From Spirochaetia bacterium (GTDB lineage: Bacteria; Spirochaetota; Spirochaetia; JABMQR01), in the NCBI GenBank assembly GCA_021736525.1, contig JAIPFR010000001.1:891-64890 (forward strand): a stretch of DNA of 64,000 bases. Reading direction: 5' to 3'. Below, piece after piece: positions 1 through 9,897 of this stretch (position 1 is its first letter; each line of letters starts with the position of its first letter). Under the pieces are notes generated by a model. The model was not told where the DNA came from. It saw nothing but the letters and a program-made list of their open reading frames with translations, and searched no databases. The position numbers were made by a program, and so were the translations under genes.

Positions 1-1000
1 TCCTCTGCATGGTTCCGGAAGTGTTCCAGTCCAGAAAATCTGCGGTGATCTGGGAATTAAATTGCACGTGGTTTCAGAGCAGGATAATGCGGACGGAAAT
101 TTCCCGACTGTTGAGCTGCCTAATCCAGAAGATCCAGGTGCGATGAAAATGGCTCTTGAGTTGGGGAAAAAGGTTGGAGCAGCTTTGATTATGGGAACGG
201 ATCCCGATGCTGACCGTTTGGGTATAGCCGTCCCTTCGAGCAGTAATAACGGCGGTTATTTACTCCTTACCGGAAACCAGACAGCTTCCCTGATATGTGA
301 TTATATGATTGAACGTCTTAACTTGCAGGAAGGAGATAACAGTTCTTTTTACTGTGTAAAAAGCCTTGTTACTACCGACTTGTTCAGAGATATAGCAGAA
401 AAGCATGGGGTGAAATCCATAGATACGCTTACAGGCTTTAAGTATATCGCTGAGCAGATTGCCAGAGGTGAGGCTGATGGAAAACAGTTTGTCTGCGGAG
501 CCGAAGAAAGCTTCGGCTTTCTGACAAACAGTTCGGTTCGTGATAAAGATGCAGTGTCAACTGCTGTTATAGTTATTGAAATGATGCTCTGGTATGCAAA
601 AAATGGTTATACTATCATTGAAAGACTTGAGGACCTCTGGCGCAAATATGGACGATACGACGAGTCCGTAGTCTCAAAAACACTCTCCGGGGCAAGCGGA
701 CTGAAGAAAATCGGATCGATCATGGAGAATCTTCGAAAAGAGCCCCCCACGGAATTTGGCGGAATGGCGGTGACTGAGTTTACCGATTTATCACAAGGAA
801 CATCTGGGCTTCCGAAATCAGATGTACTGATTATGCAGTTGGAAGGCGGCAGCAAACTGGTTGTACGTCCCAGCGGAACAGAGCCGAAAATTAAGTTTTA
901 TATTTTCTCCTACTGTGCCCCGGGAACGAAGCAAGCTGCTGAGATAAATCAGAAGAATACGCGGGCAATACTGGGTTCAATCGAGCAGCTGCTTTATTAA
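1..1000 (+). CDS. Phosphoglucomutase/phosphomannomutase family protein, 5' end outside the window
   Basis: Frame is open from position 2 (PLHGSG...). Contains metal loop TDPDADR, sugar loop GAEESFG, DKDA and [10 protein letters not shown]. Confidence 0.92.
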   Translation, partial: PLHGSGSVPVQKICGDLGIKLHVVSEQDNADGNFPTVELPNPEDPGAMKMALELGKKVGAALIMGTDPDADRLGIAVPSSSNNGGYLLLTGNQTASLICDYMIERLNLQEGDNSSFYCVKSLVTTDLFRDIAEKHGVKSIDTLTGFKYIAEQIARGEADGKQFVCGAEESFGFLTNSSVRDKDAVSTAVIVIEMMLWYAKNGYTIIERLEDLWRKYGRYDESVVSKTLSGASGLKKIGSIMENLRKEPPTEFGGMAVTEFTDLSQGTSGLPKSDVLIMQLEGGSKLVVRPSGTEPKIKFYIFSYCAPGTKQAAEINQKNTRAILGSIEQLLY

Positions 1001-1812
1001 ATCTGTCGCCGGCCTTTTTTATTCTCTCCCCAGCTTGTTTTGTGGAAAACGATAATAGATCCTTCATGCCTGATAACATCCATACGGATGCCATATAAGC
1101 CAAACAGTGTTTCACTAGTCATGATCTCTTCAGGGGGACCGGCGGCAAAAACACTGCCTTGATTAAGCATAATCGTATAATCTGAGACCCGGGCTGCTGC
1201 AGAAGGATCATGCGTTGAAAAAAGAACGGTTAACCCCCTCGATGCTAATTCTGAAAGAATATCCAGGACCTTTCCTGTATTGGCAGGATCCAGATTGCTT
1301 GTCGGTTCGTCCAGCAGAATGATTTCTGGTTCCTGAGCTAGAGAACGAGCAAGCAGCACAAGCTGCCGCTCACCGCTGCTCAGAGAAGTTACACTTCTCC
1401 GGCAGAAATCCTTTAAACCAACGGCTTGAAGCGATTCCATAGCAATTCTGGTATCAATCTCCCCGGGAATGCCAATCTGGGGCAGGTATGGTGCCCTGCC
1501 GAACATGACATAATCAAGAGTAGTAAAAGAGAATTGTACTGGTTCATTTTGGGGTACAAGACTTAACGTCCGGCTGCGATCCCGCTTATTCATCAAATGA
1601 ATGCTTTTCCCATTAAGCAAGACTGTACCTGTTTCAGGAACCCTCCATCCGAGAAAAAGATCGAGCAGGGTAGTTTTACCCGATCCGTTGGGTCCCAGCA
1701 AGGCTGAAACTTTCTTTCGTGGAATAGCTGCAGAAGCATCATCTAATGCTTTTTTTTTGGAATATGGGTAGGTATAGGATGTGTGAACAGCAGATACGGC
1801 TATATCGTTCAT
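997..1812 (-). CDS. ABC transporter ATP-binding subunit (iron-siderophore/cobalamin type)
   Basis: Walker A GPNGSGKT, signature LSSGERQ, Walker B ILLDEPT, H-loop STHD; overlaps the permease gene by 4 nt. Confidence 0.92.
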   Translation of the reverse strand: MNDIAVSAVHTSYTYPYSKKKALDDASAAIPRKKVSALLGPNGSGKTTLLDLFLGWRVPETGTVLLNGKSIHLMNKRDRSRTLSLVPQNEPVQFSFTTLDYVMFGRAPYLPQIGIPGEIDTRIAMESLQAVGLKDFCRRSVTSLSSGERQLVLLARSLAQEPEIILLDEPTSNLDPANTGKVLDILSELASRGLTVLFSTHDPSAAARVSDYTIMLNQGSVFAAGPPEEIMTSETLFGLYGIRMDVIRHEGSIIVFHKTSWGENKKGRRQI

Positions 1813-2828
1813 AATGATTCACCCAATCCTCTTGGAGAAGTGAGAATTACCACAAAAAGCATAGCTCCGGTAATGCTGGTTATTATGCCAAGCGGCAGTT
1901 CTCCAGAAAGGATAGTACGTCCTGCTGTATCGCTGAGAAGTAAATACAAAGCTCCGGTAAGCATGGTCAGGGGAAGTGCCTGTCTCGAATTGGCCCCGAT
2001 GACCCTTCGGGCAATATGCGGAACAATAAGTCCGATCCATCCAACCAGCCCGCTCACAGAAATTGCGGCAGCAGTCCCGGCTGTAGCCGTCAGAAGAATA
2101 AAACGCTTTTCCCATTTTGGGGATATTCCGGAAGAAAAAACCGTTCTGTCATCAAGAGAAAGAATGTTTATTCTCCACCTGAACAGGAACATGATAATCA
2201 AACTGGCGGAACAGACAGGCAGAATGCTGAAAAATGTTTGCCAGTCTGCATTCCACAACCCTCCCAGAAGCCAGAAGGTTATATCCTGAAGTTGGCTGAG
2301 CGGGTCGGCCATATACTTGATAAAGCCAAGCCCGGAAGAAAAAATGGCTGACACGGCTATTCCTGCAAGAACCAGGCGCAGAATCCATCCTCCAAAATGA
2401 AAATGTGAAGCCAAATAAAGGGAAAGAACAAGGCCGATTAAAGCAAAAAAGAAGGCACTTGCCTGAATAATCACAGGGGCATATCCGAAAAGGAGAATAG
2501 ACCCGGCAGCTCCAAACGCAGCACCCTGAGAAACACCAAGAAATCCCGGTTCAACAAGCGGGTTTGCAAACAGCATCTGAAAGACAAATCCGGAGGCTGC
2601 CAGAACTGCCCCTGTAAGCACCGCCGTCAGTATTCTAGGCATTCTTATCAAGGTTATAATATTAAGCAATAGCGTGTTTTCTACTTGGAACGCTGCAAAA
2701 GAAATTCCCGGGGTGGGATATCTTCCCGTGAAAAGAGCAAGAAAAATACTGAGAAGCAGAACTGCCGTTATAACCGCAAAAGTATGCGGAGCGGTATTAT
2801 ACTGCCGTGAGCGCTTATGATGGACCAT
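1809..2828 (-). CDS. FecCD/BtuC-family ABC permease
   Basis: Hydrophobic protein with IRMPRIL, NPLVEPGFLGVSQGAA, GLVGWIGLIVPHIAR and ELPLGIITS motifs. Confidence 0.93.
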   Translation of the reverse strand: MVHHKRSRQYNTAPHTFAVITAVLLLSIFLALFTGRYPTPGISFAAFQVENTLLLNIITLIRMPRILTAVLTGAVLAASGFVFQMLFANPLVEPGFLGVSQGAAFGAAGSILLFGYAPVIIQASAFFFALIGLVLSLYLASHFHFGGWILRLVLAGIAVSAIFSSGLGFIKYMADPLSQLQDITFWLLGGLWNADWQTFFSILPVCSASLIIMFLFRWRINILSLDDRTVFSSGISPKWEKRFILLTATAGTAAAISVSGLVGWIGLIVPHIARRVIGANSRQALPLTMLTGALYLLLSDTAGRTILSGELPLGIITSITGAMLFVVILTSPRGLGESL

Positions 2829-2830
2829 AG

Positions 2831-3994
2831 TTACTCGATAGTTTTCAACGAACTGCTGAAACGGGAAAGCAGCTCTTCTATAACAGCAGGATCATCTATG
2901 TTATATAAATCTTTGTAAAATGATGATATTTGAGTCTCAATCTGCAAATCGGCAAACAATTCCGGGTGAAGCTCCTTGGCAAGCCACTGCAGCCCGAGTA
3001 TCCATCTCGTGTCAGGCTGAGCCCAATTATGGAAGTCAGCCGGAAACGTTGAAATAAAGCCATTTCTATAGGCAGAAAGGTTTTTCCACAATGCAGACTG
3101 TTCTATTTCCTCAAGGTATGCAGCAGCCGGGGTCTTGTAGCTGATTATATAGATGCGATCAGGATCCCAGGCCGATATTTGCTCAAAACTGACAAGCTGC
3201 CAATTATTGGAAGCTGCCGAATCTGCCCAGACCGGATTGCCGCCGGCTTCTCTGGTTATGAATGTCTGAATCCATGAAGCCGGAGGAATCTGGAACGATG
3301 TAATACCGTCTGAGGAGTTCGCATAGAGCAGCAGGACATCTTCTTTTACTTCAGGAGAAAGCGGCTCAGTACGACTTGAAACGGTTTCCAGCCATTTTTC
3401 ATAGAGGTCTGTTATGTTTCTGGCAGTTTCCTTTTCTGAAAAGAGATTGCCAAGCTCGATAATTTCTTCAATATAATCTTCAGGGCTTTCGAGATACATA
3501 GTGAACACCGGTATTCCGAGTTTTTCCAGCTGCTTGCCAATGGAGTTGTAGTTGCGATCTTTTATGATAACAAGATCCGGCGAAGTCCCTGCAATCTCCT
3601 CAGCGCTTACCGTGTGGGGTAATCGGTCTTTTACATCTGAGAGATACAATCTATAAAAATCTCCCAGCCCCTGATCTGTAATCCCCAATGCTTTAATACT
3701 TGTATTGTACGATTCGAAAAGAACTACAGCATCTGCAGGGATCAAGGTTGCTTTACCTGCGATAACAATTGATGCAGGCCGCTTATCCAGCGTTACCTGA
3801 TTTCCCAGAGAATCAATGCCTGAATAGATTCTATTATCACCTGAAGCCGATGGCGAAACAGGAGAGAGGGAAGAATCAGCCGTGCCGCCGGCAAAAACAG
3901 ACATAGACAGAAGTATTCCGAATATTACTGTCAAAATGGAGAGTCTTTTTATCCGCAGAATAACGATTGGAAAAAGTTCTGACATTTGTTTCAT
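2831..3994 (-). CDS. ABC transporter substrate-binding protein (Peripla_BP_2/BtuF-like)
   Basis: Signal-peptide-like N-terminus (..SVFAGG), EEIAGTSPDLVI, SFEQISAWDPD, LAKELHPELF; SD GAGGAG at 4002-4007 supports ATG 3994. Confidence 0.85.
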   Translation of the reverse strand: MKQMSELFPIVILRIKRLSILTVIFGILLSMSVFAGGTADSSLSPVSPSASGDNRIYSGIDSLGNQVTLDKRPASIVIAGKATLIPADAVVLFESYNTSIKALGITDQGLGDFYRLYLSDVKDRLPHTVSAEEIAGTSPDLVIIKDRNYNSIGKQLEKLGIPVFTMYLESPEDYIEEIIELGNLFSEKETARNITDLYEKWLETVSSRTEPLSPEVKEDVLLLYANSSDGITSFQIPPASWIQTFITREAGGNPVWADSAASNNWQLVSFEQISAWDPDRIYIISYKTPAAAYLEEIEQSALWKNLSAYRNGFISTFPADFHNWAQPDTRWILGLQWLAKELHPELFADLQIETQISSFYKDLYNIDDPAVIEELLSRFSSSLKTIE

Positions 3995-4135
3995 AAAGAA
4001 GCTCCTCAATTTAGAAAATGTGTATTGAAACAGTTGGTTGAATCTTGACTATACTATCATTATACATACAGAAACACAATGGGAAAAATATGATTAAATC
4101 CATGATTTCTCTTCAAGCTAACAGGTTTTCCTTGA

Positions 4136-4164
4136 TTGCAAAAAAAAGTGATAACCTGTAATCT
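4136..4164 (+). promoter_or_regulatory. Putative sigma70 promoter of proAB
   Basis: TTGCAA-17 nt-TAATCT upstream of proA. Confidence 0.35.
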
Positions 4165-4218
4165 ACATATACCATGTTTGGTATTTTGTGTAAGTAAAAA
4201 GATAAACGGAGCCCTGTC

Positions 4219-5547
4219 GTGATAAATACAGAACTTGCCGGCAATCTGGAGAAAGTTAAAGCAGCCCAGAAAATTCTGGCAGTAACAACCAGGGAAGATA
4301 GAGATGCTTATCTGTCTGACGTCGCTGAAATTCTCAGAAATAGAAGTACTGCAGTATTTGAAGCAAACAGAAAGGATATTGCACGGGCAGAAAAAGAACA
4401 TCTCGCGAAACCGCTGATTAAGCGCCTGTTATTTGATAAAGGCAAATTGGATTCGGTTCTGGCCGGAATTGACCAGGTTATCAGCTTGCCTGATCCAAAC
4501 AATAGAATTCTTGAAGCTCGAGAACTTGATGAAGGACTCATACTGAAACGCGTCAGCTGTCCAATAGGCGTTATCGGCATGATCTTTGAGTCCAGACCTG
4601 ATGCCCTCATACAGATAGCCTCTCTTTGCATTAAAAGCGGTAATGGAATTGTTCTCAAGGGAGGTTCTGAGGCTGCTGAAACAAACAGAATTCTGGCATC
4701 CATATTTCAGGAAGCTGCGGCAGCCCGGAAAGGTGGCAGGGTTCCTTCCGAATGGATATATCTTCTGGAAACACGGGACCAGGTTAAGGAAATGCTGAAG
4801 TTGGATGCATTCATAGATCTTCTCATCCCCCGCGGCTCTAATAGTTTTGTGAAATATATAATGGATAATACCAATATTCCTGTGCTTGGTCACGCAGAGG
4901 GCATCTGTCACAGCTATATCGATGCTGATGCGGACATTGCTAAGGCAGTACGCATAACGGTAGACGCAAAAAGCCAGTATCCGGCGGTATGCAATGCACT
5001 TGAGACTCTGCTGGTAAATCGTGAAATCGCTCAGGATTTTTTACCGCCGCTTGCTGAGGCGATGAAAAAAGTCGGCGTAGAGCTTCGAGGTGATGCTGCA
5101 GTATGCTCCATTATTGACTGCATACCCGCTGAAGAAGCTGATTGGCGAACCGAGTATCTCGACCTGATACTTTCGATAAAAATTGTCGACAGCTTTGATA
5201 ATGCTGTAAATCATATTCATACATATGGATCAGGTCATACCGATTCAATCATAACTGAATCACCGACTCAGGCTGAGCTGTTTATGCAGACTGTAGACTC
5301 TGCTGATGTTATGTGGAACTGCAGTACCCGTTTTTCCGATGGTTTCCGCTATGGCCTGGGGGCTGAAGTCGGTATCAGCACGTTAAAAATTCATGCACGG
5401 GGGCCGGTCGGTCTGGAGGGCCTCATGAGCTACAAGTGGAAGCTCTACGGCAGCGGGCAAATTGTCGCTGACTATACAGGTTCAAATCCGCGGAAGTTCA
5501 CCCATAAAAAAATTCTTCAGGAGCAGGTGAGTGGACCGCAAAATTGA
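4219..5547 (+). CDS. proA: Gamma-glutamyl phosphate reductase
   Basis: IGVIGMIFESRP, LKGGSEA, catalytic CNALETLL, HTDSIIT, GLGAEVGIST..HARGPVGL. Confidence 0.97.
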   Translation: MINTELAGNLEKVKAAQKILAVTTREDRDAYLSDVAEILRNRSTAVFEANRKDIARAEKEHLAKPLIKRLLFDKGKLDSVLAGIDQVISLPDPNNRILEARELDEGLILKRVSCPIGVIGMIFESRPDALIQIASLCIKSGNGIVLKGGSEAAETNRILASIFQEAAAARKGGRVPSEWIYLLETRDQVKEMLKLDAFIDLLIPRGSNSFVKYIMDNTNIPVLGHAEGICHSYIDADADIAKAVRITVDAKSQYPAVCNALETLLVNREIAQDFLPPLAEAMKKVGVELRGDAAVCSIIDCIPAEEADWRTEYLDLILSIKIVDSFDNAVNHIHTYGSGHTDSIITESPTQAELFMQTVDSADVMWNCSTRFSDGFRYGLGAEVGISTLKIHARGPVGLEGLMSYKWKLYGSGQIVADYTGSNPRKFTHKKILQEQVSGPQN

Positions 5548-6637
5548 GTACAGCAAACGGGTAACGATAAAGATCGGAACAAATCTCCTGAGCATGGGGT
5601 CCGGGATCAACCTTGATTTTCTGGAAGATATTGCCAGGCAGATAGCTCAGCTTCGCTCCCGGGGAGTGGAGGTGCTTCTTGTCAGTTCCGGAGCAATCGG
5701 CATGGGGGCAGGTGAACTGGGTATTACTGAAAAAGTAACATCCATTCCACTGCGACAGGCGTGCGCCTCAATCGGCCAACCCCTTCTCATGCACCACTAT
5801 AGGGAAATATTTCGCCGCAGGGATATTATTATTTCCCAGATTCTCCTTACAAGGGAAATCCTTGATAATCGCCAGAGCTATCTCAATTTGCAGAATTCTG
5901 TAGAAACCCTTCTGCAAATGGGGGTAATGCCGGTATTCAATGAAAACGACAGCGTTTCAACTGCAGAAATCGGATCAGCTTTCGGAGATAATGACACCCT
6001 CAGTGCGTTAATTGCCAGTAAGACTGATTCAGATCTTCTGATTATCCTTACCGATATTGATGGTTTATACAATAAGGACCCGACCAGGTATGATGATGCC
6101 GTAATCATTCCTTATGTAGAAGAAGTTACTGAAGAAGTAAAAAGCTGGGCCGGCACTGGAACAGGCGGCAGCACGTTCAGTACTGGCGGTATGCAGACAA
6201 AAATTCAAGCAGCCCGGATTGCTTCCGGAGCCGGATGCTCAAGCATTATCGCCCACGGGAGGGCAAGTGACATTCTTCTACGACTATTTGACGGGGAACT
6301 CCTGGGTACATATTTTGAAGCAAAAGATAAAATGCCTCAGCGCGTCCGTTGGATACTCCACACCCAGCCGTCAGGAACGATCTATATAGATGCAGGAGCT
6401 GAAGAAGCAATAAAAAAACGAAAAAGCCTTTTACCGGTGGGAGTAATTAAAGTTGACGGCGTTTTTTCAAAAGGAGCAGTTGTTCTGATTAATGACGTAG
6501 CAAAGGCTGTAACTTCCCTGACAAGTGAAGAAATTCGCAGCAGTATCGGTTACAGCAGCAGTGACATACGAATAAAAACTGGTTTGAAAGGTAAAGTACT
6601 CATAGCTAGACCGGAAGAAATTGTTTTTTTGCAATAG
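5531..6637 (+). CDS. proB: Glutamate 5-kinase with C-terminal PUA-like domain
   Basis: IKIGT, VSSGAI, NENDSV, FGDNDTLSA, TGGMQTK, KSLLPVGV; GTG start overlapping proA. Confidence 0.96.
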   Translation: MDRKIEYSKRVTIKIGTNLLSMGSGINLDFLEDIARQIAQLRSRGVEVLLVSSGAIGMGAGELGITEKVTSIPLRQACASIGQPLLMHHYREIFRRRDIIISQILLTREILDNRQSYLNLQNSVETLLQMGVMPVFNENDSVSTAEIGSAFGDNDTLSALIASKTDSDLLIILTDIDGLYNKDPTRYDDAVIIPYVEEVTEEVKSWAGTGTGGSTFSTGGMQTKIQAARIASGAGCSSIIAHGRASDILLRLFDGELLGTYFEAKDKMPQRVRWILHTQPSGTIYIDAGAEEAIKKRKSLLPVGVIKVDGVFSKGAVVLINDVAKAVTSLTSEEIRSSIGYSSSDIRIKTGLKGKVLIARPEEIVFLQ

Positions 6638-6645
6638 GCAGTTAT

Positions 6646-7572
6646 ATGCAGAATACCAGTAAGCGATCAGCATATACCGTGAAAAGGATCCCGAATCAGC
6701 CGCCTCCTGCCATTCACGATATCGGGGTCGTGCTCCTCCACAGAAAAGGGGCTTTGACAATTTATCAGGCGGTTAAAAAGCTTGAACCGTATCAGCTCTT
6801 TGAATGTGCCGTACTTGTTCATGCTGATGATTTACCAGATCCGCTTGATGACCTTATGCGAACTTGCCCCTGGGTTACTTTTATTGTTTTTACCGGCAGC
6901 TCACTTCCAGGAACAAGAATCAACGCTGCTGCAAATGAGATATCATCAGATTACTTTTTTGTTTTCTGGGATGATATGACGGTTATTTCCGGACCAGATC
7001 CTCGTCTTGTTCAATGGATACGGGTAAATAAGCCGATTTGTGCAGCACCAATTCTGTCCTATGAAAATGAACTTCTTCCAGTAGTACATATGCCGATTCA
7101 ACATAACGGCAAATTTTCCGTCTGGTCTTTTCCGCCTTTTATGGACAAGACTCCAAATATGTTCCCTTTTGACTATTGCGGAGTCTACGATCGCACAGCT
7201 CTCCAGCGACTTGGAGGATTCTGTCCAGATTTCAATCTTCCCTACTGGCAGCTGGCTGATTCCGGTATCAGAAGCTGGCTGGGTGACTGGAGGATTCTCA
7301 CATGTAACGGCCTGATGTTGTCTTATGACAGAGATCGCCCCTGTATTGATACAACTGAAAATGAAGACTACCCTCTGTTTATGCGAAGAAATGCAGGGTT
7401 CAGCTTCAGGAACGGTAAAATTAAGGTTAATAAAACTATCAGCGGTTTGCGTATAAGTCGGTTAGAGCGGGAAGAGATTATGGAAATACAGCATTGGGCC
7501 AGGCAGGATCTGGAAACATTGCTGCGTGAATGGAAAGCCCCAGAGGAAGGAAGCAATGAAGCAATCGGTTAG
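6646..7572 (+). CDS. Conserved hypothetical protein, glycosyltransferase family 2-like fold
   Basis: INAAANE..SDYFFVFWDD resembles the GT2 DxD strand; GVYDR..LQRLGGF.PDF motif. Confidence 0.5.
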   Translation: MQNTSKRSAYTVKRIPNQPPPAIHDIGVVLLHRKGALTIYQAVKKLEPYQLFECAVLVHADDLPDPLDDLMRTCPWVTFIVFTGSSLPGTRINAAANEISSDYFFVFWDDMTVISGPDPRLVQWIRVNKPICAAPILSYENELLPVVHMPIQHNGKFSVWSFPPFMDKTPNMFPFDYCGVYDRTALQRLGGFCPDFNLPYWQLADSGIRSWLGDWRILTCNGLMLSYDRDRPCIDTTENEDYPLFMRRNAGFSFRNGKIKVNKTISGLRISRLEREEIMEIQHWARQDLETLLREWKAPEEGSNEAIG

Positions 7573-8395
7573 GACAGTGCTGGCATCGGCAGTGTGGCTG
7601 ATACTGTTTCTTTTTTCTCTTTCTGCATCAACTCCTGTAGAGGATGGTGTGTTCCTGCAAAAAGTTGGCAGTATCATTCTTGATCCGGGACACGGCGGCA
7701 GCGATCCCGGAGCCGTTGGAACCTTGAGAACTTCAGAAGGCTCTCTGACAATTTTTGAAAAAGATGTAAATCTCTCAGTTGCCTTGCAGATTTCGGAGAT
7801 TCTTTCAGCATCTCGACCAGAAATGAATATAATCCTGACGAGAAAAGATGACTCATCAGTTTCCCTGCAGGAGCGTGCCCATACAGCAAATGCAGCATTA
7901 GCCGGAGAAGTTGGAAGTGGAGGTGGAGGTGGAGGTGGTGGTGGGAGTAAGATATTTGTTTCTATTCACGCTAATTCAATCGGTGGGGCAGGGGCTGATG
8001 CCGTTTACGGCTACGAGCTGTGGAAGCGGTTTCGCAGTCAGCGTTACGACTTTCTTTCTGCTGTCGTTCCTGAGACTGCTGTGGAGAAAAGAGTCATTTT
8101 GACAAATGATGATTTGAATGTTGAATTGGATCGGGCTGAGGAACTGCTTTCAGAAAGTCTCCTGATGGCCCTGGACGCATCACTCTCTCACGAAACAAAG
8201 AGCAGAGGTATAAAAGAAGCCGGTTTTTATGTCCTTATGCACAGTTATATGCCGTCAGTTTTGGTTGAAATGGGATTCATGTCTAATGAGTCGGAACTGA
8301 TCAAACTTACCGACCCTGGATATCAGAAACTGTTGGCTGAATCAATAGCCCGGGGACTGCTTTTTTACTGCAGTCTGTTTGAGGATAGTCAATAA
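7556..8395 (+). CDS. N-acetylmuramoyl-L-alanine amidase (Amidase_3)
   Basis: Signal peptide, ILDPGHGG.DPGA, EKDVNL, LTRKDD..SLQER, FVSIHAN, PSVLVEMGFMSN. Confidence 0.93.
   Translation: MKQSVRTVLASAVWLILFLFSLSASTPVEDGVFLQKVGSIILDPGHGGSDPGAVGTLRTSEGSLTIFEKDVNLSVALQISEILSASRPEMNIILTRKDDSSVSLQERAHTANAALAGEVGSGGGGGGGGGSKIFVSIHANSIGGAGADAVYGYELWKRFRSQRYDFLSAVVPETAVEKRVILTNDDLNVELDRAEELLSESLLMALDASLSHETKSRGIKEAGFYVLMHSYMPSVLVEMGFMSNESELIKLTDPGYQKLLAESIARGLLFYCSLFEDSQ
7919..7945 (+). repeat. (GGAGGT)3-GGTGGTGGG simple repeat encoding a 9-Gly tract in the amidase
   Basis: Read directly from the sequence. Confidence 0.9.
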
Positions 8396-8437
8396 TGCCT
8401 CAGCAGCTGTTTATCCGCACTAAAATTTCAATATCTA

Positions 8438-9874
8438 TCAGTCGCCGCGAAAAGAGCTGATCAACTGCTGTTTAAGGTTTTTAAGCTCAGGTGTAAGGGA
8501 AACCTTAAAAACATGGGGGTTAATTAGCCGTTTGTAAGTTTTGTGAAGAGTTGCCAACTCTTTTTGAACTGTATTCTGCAAGGTGTGAACTCCGGGATCT
8601 TCAACTGCCCGTTTTCCTTGAGATATTTTTTTCACCAGCAGCGGCCTGATTTCGGTATACCTGCCCGATTTCATAAGAAAACGGTCTGTACTGTTATATG
8701 GATGGAGAAAAACATAGTCATTACCGACAGTAACATCTTCGTTATCCAGGGCAATCAGATCCGCTATAGCATTCTGCTGCGCATCGTAGAATCGGTATAC
8801 TTGCTTGATGCCCGGATCAGTTGTTTTAGTAAGGGTATTTGATACCTTCATTGTCGGTTCATAAATACCTGCGTTATTTTTTTTTGCGGACAGCTTATAT
8901 ACGCCGTTCATGGATGACTGTCTGCCTCCGGTAACCAGGTGAGTTCCAATTCCCCAGACATCTATGGGAGCCTGATCTGCCACCAGCAGGGTAATTATTT
9001 CTTCATTCAAGTCGTTTGAAACAACAATTTTTGCATCCTCAAGGCCGGCTTCATCAAGTCGATCGCGAACACTCCTGCTGAGATAACTGAGGTCACCACT
9101 GTCAATTCTTACTCCGATGCTCTTTCCCCGCTCCTGTAATTCACGTCCGACGATAATTGCGTTATCGATTCCCGAACCTAAGGTGTCATACGTATCAATA
9201 AGCAGAGTGCAGGTATCAGGATAAATGTCAGCAAATACTCTGAAGGATTCAAGTTCACTCGGAAAAGCCATTACCCAGGAATGGGCCATCGTTCCACTTA
9301 CCGGTATCCCAAATTTCTTTCCAGCTAAGGTATTGGAAGTTGCAGCTGCTCCCCCGATAAAAGCAGCCCGTGAAGCGGAAATTGCACCGTCAACACCCTG
9401 CGCTCTCCGAAGTCCGAATTCAAGTATTTTTCCATAATTTGAAGCATGAAATACATGCGACATCTTGGTTGCAATGAGAGTCTGGAAATTAATAGTATTG
9501 AGGAGTATGCTCTCGATGAGCTGGGATTCAATCAAATTGCCGTGAATTCGCATAAGCGGTTCCCCAGGGAAAGCTACAGTACCCTCATTCATGGCATACA
9601 TATCTCCCTTGAAGCGGAAGGTTGAAAGAAAATCAAGAAATGAGCGGTGAAACATACCGGTTGTTTCCAGATAGGCAATATCTTCCCGGGAAAAGTGAAA
9701 ATTCTCGATTATATCAATTAAATCATTCAGCCCGCAGAAAACAGAAAATCCTCCGTTAAAAGGCTGGGAACGAAAAAACATATCAAAGATAACCTGAGGG
9801 TTCTTTTGCTGCAGAAAAAAACCCTGAGCCATCGTGAGTTCGTAGAAATCCGTCAGAAGGGCTGAAGTTTTCAT
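8438..9874 (-). CDS. pncB: Nicotinate phosphoribosyltransferase
   Basis: LLTDFYELTM, EFGLRRAQG, GTMAHSW, LIDTYDT, RIDSGDL, SNDLNE, GVYKL. Confidence 0.96.
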   Translation of the reverse strand: MKTSALLTDFYELTMAQGFFLQQKNPQVIFDMFFRSQPFNGGFSVFCGLNDLIDIIENFHFSREDIAYLETTGMFHRSFLDFLSTFRFKGDMYAMNEGTVAFPGEPLMRIHGNLIESQLIESILLNTINFQTLIATKMSHVFHASNYGKILEFGLRRAQGVDGAISASRAAFIGGAAATSNTLAGKKFGIPVSGTMAHSWVMAFPSELESFRVFADIYPDTCTLLIDTYDTLGSGIDNAIIVGRELQERGKSIGVRIDSGDLSYLSRSVRDRLDEAGLEDAKIVVSNDLNEEIITLLVADQAPIDVWGIGTHLVTGGRQSSMNGVYKLSAKKNNAGIYEPTMKVSNTLTKTTDPGIKQVYRFYDAQQNAIADLIALDNEDVTVGNDYVFLHPYNSTDRFLMKSGRYTEIRPLLVKKISQGKRAVEDPGVHTLQNTVQKELATLHKTYKRLINPHVFKVSLTPELKNLKQQLISSFRGD

Positions 9875-9897
9875 TTTTACGTTACCCGCTCATTCAC

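Noticed and set aside
3995..4218. Cobalamin riboswitch or Fur box upstream of the FecCD/Btu-type ABC operon
   Set aside because: No B12-box-like sequence visible; only a half match to a Fur box (ATAATGATA, minus strand about 4056-4064) that coincides with a -10 element. The substrate remains unassigned.
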